Part shown: positions 16,247 through 25,893 of the stretch, piece by piece
How the letters are laid out: every line of letters begins with the position of its first letter
How positions within the stretch are numbered: position 1 is the first letter of the stretch
Source: Roseibacillus sp.
Lineage (GTDB): Bacteria; Verrucomicrobiota; Verrucomicrobiia; Verrucomicrobiales; Akkermansiaceae
DNA: 64,000 bases
Assembly: GCA_965242925.1 (NCBI GenBank)
Contig: CBDEUM010000004.1
Coordinates: 1 to 64,000, forward strand
Direction of reading: 5' to 3'
Notes under the pieces: generated by a model
What the model was told of the DNA's origin: nothing
The model's input: the letters and a program-made list of their open reading frames with translations, nothing else
Database searches by the model: none
Position numbers and translations under genes: made by a program

Positions 16247-19057
16247 TTACTCGTCATCAGCGTCGAGCGGCTTGAGATCTGGCAGGTCCTGGAGATGCAG
16301 GGTCCGGCGGAGTTGCTCCAGCGCCCGTGTGCGGGCCCGGATATCCTGCTCGGTCTGGATCATCTTCATGACCTTCAGCATAAACTCAAAATCGTTGTCG
16401 TCGAGACCGGGATCATCGCCACCCCCGGAGCCGTCTCCGCCTTCGTTGGGATCCTGTGGCGGGTCAAGGATGTCGGCCCAGGCCCTTAGCAGTGCAGCCC
16501 ATTTCTTGGCGGCGGTGATGGCCATGAAGGTGCGGTTTGCTGCGATCTTCTCCCTGGTTTCATCGAGATGGGAATCGACATTGGACTCACGCATCTCCTC
16601 CATGATCTGCTTGTGTTCCTCCTTCTGGGTGCGTGCATAGAAGTGTCCGAGATCTTCGTAGATCCAGTGGACATCCGAGGCGGTCCGGCGTTGCTGCATG
16701 GAGAGTTCGCCCAGGATGCGCTGATCGACCGGATCAAGCTCGTCGTAGGGTGTTCCCGCGATGGTTGTCTCACCCTCGTCATCAATGGTGGCGATGAGGG
16801 TGTTGGCGATTCCGTCCTCCTCTGAGGCGGCACGGCGCAACCGGTTGACGAAAGTGCTGGCCTCGAAGTTGCGGTTGGCCTCATTGGCGCCCTCGATGGC
16901 CTTTCGCATCTTTTCGATCACTTTTTCCTGCTGCTCGACGGCTTCCTGTACGTCCTTCTGGGACTGTTCGGGAGTTGAGCTGGGATCCTGCGCCTCGTTG
17001 AGTTCCTGCTCGACCTTGGGCATGTCCTGCTGGCTGAGTTCCTGCATCTGCTGCATGGTCTCGGCCATCTTCTGCATGGTGTCGGAGTCTACTTCGCCAT
17101 TCTTGAGCGCTTCACCGAGGAGTTCCTCCATGCGTTCGGAAAGCTCAGCCATCTTCTCGATGTTTTCCGCTTCGTTGAGCTCCTGCTGATTGAGGCGTTC
17201 CTGGTTGGCTTCGTTCTGCAGATTCTCAGCTCCCTCCTTTTCGAGGCGGCGGTTTTCGTCGAAGTCGTTCTGCTCGCGGCGGGCGGCATCTTCCAGTTCG
17301 CCAATGATACGGTCGAACTTGTCCTTGAGGAGTTGGGCCTGCTCATCCTTGGTCAGGATGTGGAGAATGATGGGCTCGGAGTAGACTCGCCCGCGCCCCG
17401 GGAAAAAGTCTTCCACGAAGGCTCTCACCGCAAGTTGCTGGGGTTTGATATCACGGGTCTTGGGGGAAAAATGGACCACGCCCGAGATGCGCCGTTGGTT
17501 GGGTCCCCCGACCTCCAGGATATGACTCCCCTGTGAGGGCGTTTCATCAGTGGGTTTCGTGAATTCGCCTGTCCACTCGTAGCCAATATGCTTGGCGCCG
17601 TAGTCGTCCTCGGCCAGAATTTCGAAGCTCACGGTATCATCCGCCAGAATCACGGTCTGGCGTTCGATGCCCTGAATGTAGGCCAGCGGCTTCTGGTCCT
17701 CCAGCGGTTCCACCCGGATCCGGTGCCCCCCAACATCCTCAAGGCCGTCGGTATCCCGCCAGTTCAGCTGCAACTCAAGGGGGGAGTCTCCCAGGGGAAT
17801 CCCGGGGGAGGACATCCGCGTTCCTGAAATCTCCAGCGCAAAAACTTCGGGTGGGGTCGGCGGGGCTTCCTCTGCCAGGGCTGGAGCGTTCTCGAGGTTG
17901 CTCCCGCTTTCGTCGTCTTTCCCTCTCCCGGGTTCCTCCCCGTCTTCCAGCAGGGGTTCAAAGCCATCGTCGAAGAGATCGCGCGGGGCTGGTTTTGGCA
18001 GAACGCGCACCGTGAGCGTCCCGCTCTTCAGTTCGCGCTCCTCGAGGGTGGTTGCCTCCAATGAAACCTTGCTCCCGACCACTACATCGCCGGAAAGAGT
18101 GCCCACCCGGAGCTCCCTCACTTTATCTTGGAGTTGTAGATATTCAGGGTAGCTGATTTTTGCCTGGACAGACTGAATGGTCGGTCGGGTTTGCGGAACG
18201 ACTTCCACGCTGTGCCGGGCATCCCCGATATTGACTGCCACGCGTCCCGCTTCCGACTGTCCGGGAAACTCGAAGGTGTAGCTTTGGTTGTCCTGTAACC
18301 GGGCGGCGACCGGATCCTGGATGCCAAAACGGGCAGTTCCGCTGCCAGGTCGGACATCGGATTCGGAACTCAGGGTGAAGGTGATCGCAAAGGGTTCATC
18401 CCGGGGGACGATGATGCGCTCGTTGAAATGGTTGATCTTGGTGAAGGTGTAGCGCGGGGTATTGGAGAGCGGCATGAGCCAGCGCTTGAGTGCATTGAGG
18501 CCCGGCTTGGGAGCTAGTAGCAAGGCTGCTGCGGCCATGGCCACGGCGGCAAGAACCCCCAGGGACCAGATCCGGTGTCGTGGGTTGGGGAGGGCCTGTT
18601 CAAAGTTGCGCCCCTTGGCCTGACGTGCCACCGCCTCCATGGCGGCGGCCCGAAGCTCGGGGGAGAGAGCCTCCTTGCTCTCCTGCTGGTGCTGCAACTC
18701 GACCACTCCGAGCAGGCGGTCGCCGAGGCGGGGAAAACGACGGGCGATGAGCCGGGCAAGCTGTGCTTCGCGGCGATGGCCAAAGACCCAGCGGTGAATC
18801 CAGTAGGGAGCAAACAGGGTGAAGAGCGAGGTGCCGCTGATCAGGATGGCCAGGCGAACGCCGGAAGGAGTGTTCCAGACGCGGTCCAGGCCAAAGACGA
18901 GAAGGTAGGAGAAAAAGAGGCCGAAAACACCAGCCAGAATCGCTTCTGCAACCTTCACCCGCCAGAGGCGTCCACGAAAAGAGACCAGCTGCCTCCTGAG
19001 GGTGTCAGGGAGCGGCGCGTGCTGTTCCTTGGACTTCGGGGCTTGGGCTGCTGGCAT
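16247..19057 (-). CDS. Large membrane-anchored protein with beta domains and a long acidic coiled coil (DUF4175-like architecture)
   Basis: Three N-terminal TM segments, LGDRLL..VEL and DDYG motifs, E/Q-rich heptad C-terminus; start moved to ATG 19057. Confidence 0.8.
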   Translation of the reverse strand: MPAAQAPKSKEQHAPLPDTLRRQLVSFRGRLWRVKVAEAILAGVFGLFFSYLLVFGLDRVWNTPSGVRLAILISGTSLFTLFAPYWIHRWVFGHRREAQLARLIARRFPRLGDRLLGVVELQHQQESKEALSPELRAAAMEAVARQAKGRNFEQALPNPRHRIWSLGVLAAVAMAAAALLLAPKPGLNALKRWLMPLSNTPRYTFTKINHFNERIIVPRDEPFAITFTLSSESDVRPGSGTARFGIQDPVAARLQDNQSYTFEFPGQSEAGRVAVNIGDARHSVEVVPQTRPTIQSVQAKISYPEYLQLQDKVRELRVGTLSGDVVVGSKVSLEATTLEERELKSGTLTVRVLPKPAPRDLFDDGFEPLLEDGEEPGRGKDDESGSNLENAPALAEEAPPTPPEVFALEISGTRMSSPGIPLGDSPLELQLNWRDTDGLEDVGGHRIRVEPLEDQKPLAYIQGIERQTVILADDTVSFEILAEDDYGAKHIGYEWTGEFTKPTDETPSQGSHILEVGGPNQRRISGVVHFSPKTRDIKPQQLAVRAFVEDFFPGRGRVYSEPIILHILTKDEQAQLLKDKFDRIIGELEDAARREQNDFDENRRLEKEGAENLQNEANQERLNQQELNEAENIEKMAELSERMEELLGEALKNGEVDSDTMQKMAETMQQMQELSQQDMPKVEQELNEAQDPSSTPEQSQKDVQEAVEQQEKVIEKMRKAIEGANEANRNFEASTFVNRLRRAASEEDGIANTLIATIDDEGETTIAGTPYDELDPVDQRILGELSMQQRRTASDVHWIYEDLGHFYARTQKEEHKQIMEEMRESNVDSHLDETREKIAANRTFMAITAAKKWAALLRAWADILDPPQDPNEGGDGSGGGDDPGLDDNDFEFMLKVMKMIQTEQDIRARTRALEQLRRTLHLQDLPDLKPLDADDE

Positions 19058-19225
19058 GAATCTGATGTTGCGGAGAAGGAAGCCCCCTCCATTACCGGAG
19101 TCTTGCAGAGGACTAACGCGCAATCCAGTTGGAAATTGAAGGCCGGGTCTTACGTTGCCTCGTGAGCAAAGGGGAGGAATCCCTTTCCCCTGGAGCGAAG
19201 CCCGGGGCCTTTTCTTGTTGGAAAA

Positions 19226-19840
19226 TCAGGCCAGATACGGGTTCTTTAAAATTTCCTGCTCGATCGTTGTAGAAGGGCCGTGCCCCGGTAGAATTTCGGT
19301 GTTGGCCGGGAGGGTAAGGAGTTGCTCTCGAATACTGCGGATGAGAAGCTCATGGTCTCCGTGCGGAAAATCAGTTCGGCCGATGCCCCCGTTGGCGAAG
19401 AGGGTGTCCCCACTGAAAAGTTTTTGAAAAAGTGCCACGTGGAACACAAAAGAATCGGGCGAGTGTCCGGGCACCGAACGTAGTTCAAATTCAAGACCGG
19501 CCAGTGGGAGGGAACTGCTCTCCGTGGTGAGGATGTGCTCCACGGCAAATTCCTCGATCTGCATCTTGAGGCCCCAGCTTCGGAGGAGTCCTTCGAGTTG
19601 GAGATCGCGGCTGAACGGTTCCGAGGCGTAGATGGGAATTTCATTCTCGTGAAAGAGGGCGGCATCATTCACATGGTCAAAATGCTGGTGGGTGAGCAAC
19701 AGACCGGTCGGTTTAACACCCTTTTGTTTACAGAAGTGAAACATTCCCTCGGGGGCATCTATGGCCACCGCTCCATTCCCGGTTTCAATGAGATAGCCGT
19801 TTGTCTGGCAGAAACCGCCGCAGTGAGTGCTGATCTTCAT
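19226..19840 (-). CDS. MBL-fold metallo-hydrolase (glyoxalase II-like)
   Basis: THQHFDH, PGHSP, SGDTLF, GRTDF and PGHG motifs. Confidence 0.92.
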   Translation of the reverse strand: MKISTHCGGFCQTNGYLIETGNGAVAIDAPEGMFHFCKQKGVKPTGLLLTHQHFDHVNDAALFHENEIPIYASEPFSRDLQLEGLLRSWGLKMQIEEFAVEHILTTESSSLPLAGLEFELRSVPGHSPDSFVFHVALFQKLFSGDTLFANGGIGRTDFPHGDHELLIRSIREQLLTLPANTEILPGHGPSTTIEQEILKNPYLA

Positions 19841-20069
19841 GTGGAGGAAGTCTGAAGTCCGGGGGGCCGGTTTTCAAGCTGCATGGATGGCCGATTGAAG
19901 TGTGGATGTTCTAACATGTATTCCATTAGTCTGTCCGGGGGTGACTTGTTCGATGACAGGATGCGGCGGTGGCCACCAGGCGTTATCCCGAATGGGTTCG
20001 CAGATGGCCCGCAGGAAGATCACTTGTCTTGGGTCATACACCCTTGAATTTCAGGGCATTATCCTCATT

Positions 20070-20870
20070 TCAGAGGTATTTTTTCCCTACCAGAACCGCT
20101 CGCACGTCACCGATGAAAACCTTGCTGCGGAGTTCGACAGGCAGTCGTTCGTGATCGTCGCTGAACCACATGGTGGTGGTTTTCATCTTGTCATACCCAA
20201 GGAGGTTTCCTCCGGGACCGATCTTCTGCAGTTTCAAATCCATCCGGAGGCATTTCAATCCGCGATGAATTTCCCGGCGCAGGACCTTGATGCGCGCGAG
20301 GTAGGGGCTGGCGAAAGGGTGGAGGACCATGACCATCTCCTGTCCAACCTTGAGGTCGAGACTGCGGATGTAGAGGAAGGCGGAGGCGAGATCGTAAACG
20401 GGAGCCTTGCTGAAGGGGAAAGTGCTCTTCTTGGTCTTGGGGGCCTTGCCCTTCCGGTGAGGGGTAGTGATTTCCTTGCTGATGACGGTTGAGCGGTACC
20501 AGTTGTTGGTCTCCCGGCGTTCGTCGGAGTTTGTTTCGATGGCGGCAAACATTGCCGGGCGCAGGTCGTCTTTCCGGAGAAATGAAGTGAAGCTGCAATC
20601 GTAGGGAAAGAGTCCTTTGGCCACGCCGGTGCTGCCACCGTAGATTTGAGTGATGACATAGTGGGGGTAACGCGGATCCTTGCGATCGAAGAGGAGGTTC
20701 AGATTTCCGGAGTTGATCTTGCCGTCCCAGTTTAACTCGAAGCTCAGGTGGACCGGTTTGAGTTTCTTGAGAAAGGGGCCTGGTTTGAGGGTTGTGACCT
20801 CATTCTGCCACCCGCAGAGCGCGGAAGTGGGCAGAACGAGGACCATGAGGATGGAGGGGTAGAGTTTCAT
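20070..20870 (-). CDS. Exported DUF3108-like protein
   Basis: Signal peptide, YDLASAFLYIR and C-terminal WFSDD..RLPV......IG motifs; start moved to ATG 20870. Confidence 0.7.
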   Translation of the reverse strand: MKLYPSILMVLVLPTSALCGWQNEVTTLKPGPFLKKLKPVHLSFELNWDGKINSGNLNLLFDRKDPRYPHYVITQIYGGSTGVAKGLFPYDCSFTSFLRKDDLRPAMFAAIETNSDERRETNNWYRSTVISKEITTPHRKGKAPKTKKSTFPFSKAPVYDLASAFLYIRSLDLKVGQEMVMVLHPFASPYLARIKVLRREIHRGLKCLRMDLKLQKIGPGGNLLGYDKMKTTTMWFSDDHERLPVELRSKVFIGDVRAVLVGKKYL

Positions 20871-21080
20871 GAGTAGGTGTTGAGACGGCTTCTTCCCCCG
20901 AACCATTCAAACATTCGTTTAAACGCAAAAGTGATGGGAGCCTGCTGGTCATCTTGCGCGGGTAACCGGAAAGGCCCGGGCGATTACCTGCGGGATGCAC
21001 CGCATAGGGAAACGGTGGCTGGGGAGCGACGGGGTTCCGTCCCTGCACAGGGTCGGCGCGAGGGGATGAGTGTGGTTCCC

Positions 21081-21548
21081 TCAGTTCGATGGTCTGCCGT
21101 AGACTTCGCCCGGATCAAAGGTGCGTTCCTCCACCGAATCGAGGGTCGAGGGGTTCCCGGGGGTGACAGTACGATAGAAGCAGGAGCGGCGTCCGGTGTG
21201 GCAGGCTCCGGCTCCTTGTTGGTGAACATAGAGGATGAGGGCGTCCTGGTCGCAGTCGGTGCGGACTTCAATCACCTTCTGGGTGTGTCCCGAGGTTGCT
21301 CCCTTATGCCAGAGTTCCTGCCTGCGGCGGGAAAAGTAGACGGCTTCGCCGAGGTGCAGGGTTTGCCGGAGGGCCTCCTCGTTCATCCATGCCATCATGA
21401 GAGGTTCCCGGGTCTCTCCATCGATGGCAATGGCCGGGATGAGCCCGCTGGAATTGAACTTGGGGCAAAACTCGGAGGTCTCGTCTATGGAGGTCTGGGA
21501 GTCGCGGGAGACAAAGGTGATGGGTGCTGGGGAATCCTGATCGTTCAC
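21081..21548 (-). CDS. hisI: Phosphoribosyl-AMP cyclohydrolase
   Basis: [22 protein letters not shown] and [10 protein letters not shown] motifs. Confidence 0.95.
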   Translation of the reverse strand: MNDQDSPAPITFVSRDSQTSIDETSEFCPKFNSSGLIPAIAIDGETREPLMMAWMNEEALRQTLHLGEAVYFSRRRQELWHKGATSGHTQKVIEVRTDCDQDALILYVHQQGAGACHTGRRSCFYRTVTPGNPSTLDSVEERTFDPGEVYGRPSN

Positions 21549-21656
21549 GGCGGGAGGCTGGAGGGAGGAGGAGTAAAGCGAAAGGCGGAAATAGGCGGAA
21601 TGATCTCACGAGCCGGTTTTGATTGCAGGGGGATGAGGGATTCGTTGGATTGGGCC

Positions 21657-22676
21657 ATGGCGGTGACTGCGGCAAGGGCTTTTGAGTTGATGGAAGGGGC
21701 CCATCAGCGTGAGCGCCTGGCCCATGCCTTCCTGGTTTCCGGTCCGGCTGGCAGTGGCAAGCGGGATCTGGCGGCTCGGGTAATCGCGATGGTCAATCCG
21801 CCCGGGGATTCGGGTGGAACGGATCTCTTTGGTGAATCTGCAGAGCCGGTCGCAGGAGCCGGACTGGATCAATTGGAGGGTGAGTTTGTGAGAATCGTCC
21901 GCCCCCGGTCACGATCCCGGCGCATTCTCATCGACGAAATCCGGGAACTGGAGCACTGCATGCATCTTTGCGCTCCGGAGGGAACCTGGAAGGTGGGCGT
22001 GATTGGGGATGCGGATCGCATGTTTGACGAAGCGGCCAATGCCTTTCTCAAGACCCTGGAGGAGCCTCCGCCAGGGTGTCTCCTTCTTCTGTTGACGGCA
22101 CATGCGGAAATCCTGCTTCCCACCATTCGTTCCCGCTGCGTGGAAATTGTCCTGCAGCCCACTGCTGATCATCAGATTCTCCAAGAGGACGAGAGTATGG
22201 CGTTTGCGGCTATCCTGGCTGGCAGTGCCGACAGGCCCTCCGCCCACGATGCCCTCTTGTTGAAGGCGGGTTTTGAGTCGCTCCTGGCGGCGCGCAAGGC
22301 GGAAATTGAAGAGGCGAATCAGGCAGCACTGAAGGAGGAAGCTGATGCTTACAAACAGGCCACGGAAGGGGACTGGTTGGAAGGACGCGAAAAGTATTAC
22401 GCCGCAATGTCGGCCTCCGAATACCTGGCCGTGCGGTCGGCCCTGGTGGATTGGCTCATTTCCTGGCTGGGGGATGCGGTGCGCCAGAAGGTGGGGGTGA
22501 GCGAGTTGGGGTTTCCCAAATATGCCGACCAGACTGCCCGTTTTGCCGGGTGTCAGGAGATACACGCACTGCTTCAGAGGATAGATGCCCTGCAGGAACT
22601 CCGCGATCTCCTGAACACCAACGTGCCGGAAGGATTGGCGCTTGAGGTGAGTTTTTTAAAGGCTTTTGGGGCATAG
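21657..22676 (+). CDS. holB: DNA polymerase III delta' subunit
   Basis: HAFLVSGPAGSGK, AANAFLKTLEEPP and LLPTIRSRC motifs; true start at ATG 21657 because the ORF-track extension overlaps hisI. Confidence 0.9.
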   Translation: MAVTAARAFELMEGAHQRERLAHAFLVSGPAGSGKRDLAARVIAMVNPPGDSGGTDLFGESAEPVAGAGLDQLEGEFVRIVRPRSRSRRILIDEIRELEHCMHLCAPEGTWKVGVIGDADRMFDEAANAFLKTLEEPPPGCLLLLLTAHAEILLPTIRSRCVEIVLQPTADHQILQEDESMAFAAILAGSADRPSAHDALLLKAGFESLLAARKAEIEEANQAALKEEADAYKQATEGDWLEGREKYYAAMSASEYLAVRSALVDWLISWLGDAVRQKVGVSELGFPKYADQTARFAGCQEIHALLQRIDALQELRDLLNTNVPEGLALEVSFLKAFGA

Positions 22677-22797
22677 CCTCCCCGGATGCCGGTATTCCCT
22701 GGATCCTCCCTGTGGCTTGAACACGATCTGATCGGACTTGGTTTCGAAATGGCGGGGGGCGCGAATAAGTCTTTTGCATTCAGCTATTTCATAGCAA

Positions 22798-23553
22798 ATG
22801 ACGCTCATGAATCGCTTCAGGGACAAGATTGTGGTGGTGACCGGAGCCGGTCGGGGAATCGGGCAGGCCGTGGCTGCCGCCTTCGCCCGGGAGGGTGCAA
22901 AAGTGGCCGTTTTGAGTCGCAACGAACAAAGTTGCGGGCAGTCGGCAGCTGCTATCAATGAGGAATGCCCAGAGGCGGCCAGATCCTATGCAGTGGATGT
23001 GTCCGATCACGAGGCCATGCAGGAATGCGGCAGGCAGATCATTGCGGACCTGGGGAGCGTGAACATCCTGGTGAACAATGCGGGGATCACCCGTGATGGT
23101 CTCCTGTTGCGCATGAGCGATGAGGATTGGGATGCCGTTCTCGACACCAACCTGAAAGGTGCCTTCAACGCCCTGAAGGCCTTTCAGCGCACCATGATGA
23201 AGGCGGATGAGGCCCGCATCATCAACGTCAGCTCGGTCATAGGAATCATCGGCAACGCAGGCCAGGCAAACTATGCGGCCTCGAAGGCGGGATTGATCGG
23301 ATTCACAAAGTCAATGGCGCGTGAACTGGCTCCGCGCAAGGTGACCTGCAACGCCATCGCGCCGGGCTTCATCCGGACCGACATGACGAAGGTGCTTGGG
23401 GAGAAGATTCAGGAAGAAATCCTCAAGATCGTCCCACTTAAAGAGATGGGCGAAGTGGAGGATATCGCCAACCTGGCTCTCTATCTCGCCAGTCCGGAGG
23501 CCCGCTACATAACCGGACAGGTCATTGCCATTGATGGCGGCATGACGATGTGA
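22798..23553 (+). CDS. fabG: 3-oxoacyl-ACP reductase
   Basis: TGAGRGIG, NNAGITRDGL, GNAGQANYAASKAG and IDGGM motifs; start may be 22807. Confidence 0.92.
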   Translation: MTLMNRFRDKIVVVTGAGRGIGQAVAAAFAREGAKVAVLSRNEQSCGQSAAAINEECPEAARSYAVDVSDHEAMQECGRQIIADLGSVNILVNNAGITRDGLLLRMSDEDWDAVLDTNLKGAFNALKAFQRTMMKADEARIINVSSVIGIIGNAGQANYAASKAGLIGFTKSMARELAPRKVTCNAIAPGFIRTDMTKVLGEKIQEEILKIVPLKEMGEVEDIANLALYLASPEARYITGQVIAIDGGMTM

Positions 23554-23693
23554 TTTGTCCCTGGGTCAAGATGGCGGTAGCGCGCCACGTCCAAGTTCCG
23601 GATCGGACTCGATCTTTCCCAGCGGATCCGGTGTGCCGTTAACGGCAGGGAGAGCCGCCTTTCTTCGGCGCTGAATCCAGTCCCGCAAGAAGC

Positions 23694-24686
23694 CTATCGG
23701 GAGCTCTCGTGGGGCATGGCCTGTTTCGCGTCCACGCACTGCATGAGCCAACTGAAAAGTTGCCGGACCTCCTCGTTGTCACTCCGGACGGCATCGAGAG
23801 CGGCCCAGTCGATATGATCGCGCAGTTGCGGGCTTGCGATGCGTCGGACATCGAAGCGTTCCATGAGAGCCTCAGTCTCACGGGGTTGGGCGGTGAGGAT
23901 GTGTTCCGGGCCGGGCAGGTCGTCGAGCACTTCGGCTGTCAGGCCGAAGGTGGTCACTCCGATTCCAAAACGGTTGCTGAGTTGGCGGAGGGCGTCGGCA
24001 AGCACTTCATCCTCGATGGGTCCGGCATAGAATAGTTCCCCGCCCTGGCACCATGCGCTCACGCTGAGGGCCTGAAAGAACTCCTCCCGGAACAGTTCGT
24101 AATTGGGCAGAAGCCTGAGGGTGACTGATTGCAGGCGACAGGGGGGGAGGCCGAGACCGCGCTTCAGGGCGAAGGTCTCATGATCAAGGGCGAGGCCCTG
24201 ATCGGTGGGTTCGCCCGCTTCCCAGTCCACAACAACCATGTCAGGATATTTCCAGAGGTTGCCAAAGGGCGAGTCCCTTGACAGCGCGGCACGGAAGGCA
24301 TAGGTGAATCCTCCGTTGACCTCGCAATAACGGGTAGCCGCCGCCCGGAACTTCCGGATGCGTTGCAGGGCGTGATTGACCGTGCTCTGATCGCCGGCAA
24401 AGTCATCGAGGCGGCCTTGTGTCATTGAAAGCAAGTCCTGCGCCCCGGCCAGTGCTGGGACTGGAGCGGCACGTCGATAGTACCCCTGGCCCTTTTCCAC
24501 CTTCGCGATGGGCGATGCCGGGTCGCAGGACATGATTGAAAAGTGATAACGCAGCGAGGCGTCGGAGTAGTCGCCTTCCAACCGGAGGCGAACCAGTCGA
24601 ATCAACTCGGTGCCTTTGGTGGCTTCCTTGGGACTCGAAGGGAGGATATCTGGGAGAATATCGGTCAGTTGCTGGCGGAGACTCAT
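23694..24686 (-). CDS. COG2958/HrgA-like protein: N-terminal winged-HTH-like region plus a restriction-endonuclease-like fold
   Basis: GNLWKYPDMV and REEFFQALSVSAW motifs resemble the COG2958 pattern WxHPD...RExFFQAVSNSSW. Confidence 0.6.
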   Translation of the reverse strand: MSLRQQLTDILPDILPSSPKEATKGTELIRLVRLRLEGDYSDASLRYHFSIMSCDPASPIAKVEKGQGYYRRAAPVPALAGAQDLLSMTQGRLDDFAGDQSTVNHALQRIRKFRAAATRYCEVNGGFTYAFRAALSRDSPFGNLWKYPDMVVVDWEAGEPTDQGLALDHETFALKRGLGLPPCRLQSVTLRLLPNYELFREEFFQALSVSAWCQGGELFYAGPIEDEVLADALRQLSNRFGIGVTTFGLTAEVLDDLPGPEHILTAQPRETEALMERFDVRRIASPQLRDHIDWAALDAVRSDNEEVRQLFSWLMQCVDAKQAMPHESSR

Positions 24687-24937
24687 GACGGATCAGATGA
24701 TCGAGGGTTGGGCGCTATCCAAGTCCCCGGATGGAGTGAGTCGCAAGCAACAATGCGCTGGTTTCGTAAAAATTTTTCCAAATCGTGAACAAGATCCCGC
24801 TTATTAACACAAAGTCCGTTGATGCTCTCAAAATACCGGGTATTATCCCCTTGGAATTCACTGGGTATCAACAGTGATTTTCGCGAATAAAGAGGCGATC
24901 CTTGACGTCTCATCTCCGCAGCTGCGAGATCTCCAGC

Positions 24938-25678
24938 ATGAATTCTACCCCGTCAAAAATTTTCGTTCTGGCCGCTGTAGCGACCTTCGGTGTGTTCCCC
25001 AGTTCAGGGCAGGAGGCGCAACCGCCAGCGGACACGCTCCTGAAGACAGCCCGCTTTGTGGCAACCTTGCAGCATCAGGACTTGAAGGGGCACATCCGCA
25101 AGAACGAGATCAAGTTTCCAGTGGGCCTTTACATGCGGGGTCAGGAAATCCAGCTCAGTTACACCCAGCCCGGGGGGAACAAGGACGTGCGGTTCCACAT
25201 GCGTCTGAACGAGAAGCGTTATGACTTGTTTGACGTAGTGGAAGGAGGAAAAACAGTGCGTTTCCCGGAAGCCAAACTGGGCAAGGCGATCGGGGGAACG
25301 GATCTGTCCTACGAGGATCTCGCCATGCGGTTTCTCTACTGGCCGAACGGTATTGTTGATGGCATCCAGGAAATCAAGGGACAGGAGTGCTGGGTAGTGC
25401 GTATGGTGAATCCGACCCAGACGGGACGCTATGCACAGGTCCGGGTGTGGGTGCATAAGAAGTCGCAGGCACTCATGCAGGTGGTCGGATACAATGCGGA
25501 CGGTCGACCGCTCAAGAGATTTACGGTGACCGATGTCATGAAGGTGGGGGATGCTTATACCCTTCGGCGCATGCGGGTGGATACGGTGGATCCAGTGGGA
25601 AACCGGGTGGTGGGAATGACTTATCTTGAGTTTGACAAGCCCAAGGCGACGGGTCCCAGGCCCGGAGGGCTGCGTTAG
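24938..25678 (+). CDS. Outer-membrane lipoprotein-sorting (LolA-like) protein
   Basis: Signal peptide; GTDLSYEDL motif; Y..VRVWVHK and YNADGRPLK pattern. Confidence 0.75.
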   Translation: MNSTPSKIFVLAAVATFGVFPSSGQEAQPPADTLLKTARFVATLQHQDLKGHIRKNEIKFPVGLYMRGQEIQLSYTQPGGNKDVRFHMRLNEKRYDLFDVVEGGKTVRFPEAKLGKAIGGTDLSYEDLAMRFLYWPNGIVDGIQEIKGQECWVVRMVNPTQTGRYAQVRVWVHKKSQALMQVVGYNADGRPLKRFTVTDVMKVGDAYTLRRMRVDTVDPVGNRVVGMTYLEFDKPKATGPRPGGLR

Positions 25679-25893
25679 CAGGGGCGTGAAGCAGAGTCTG
25701 GCCTTCCGGAGGCCTCTGAGTCAGGGGGTGAGCGCCCGGAACTGTGTTGAGTATTCCGTCTCTCAAAAAGCGGGGATCCCGGGGTGAAATCCGATCCGCA
25801 CGGTCTGGCGTCCGGGGTTCAGATCCCTGTCGCGGTCGGTTCGCCGTCAATTCTTCGTTACAGGAGCGCCCGTTCCCCGTAATGAGTTGTGCC

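Noticed and set aside
20877..21656. Apparent N-terminal extension of HolB (599-aa ORF)
   Set aside because: It is the antisense of hisI; HolB similarity begins at ATG 21657
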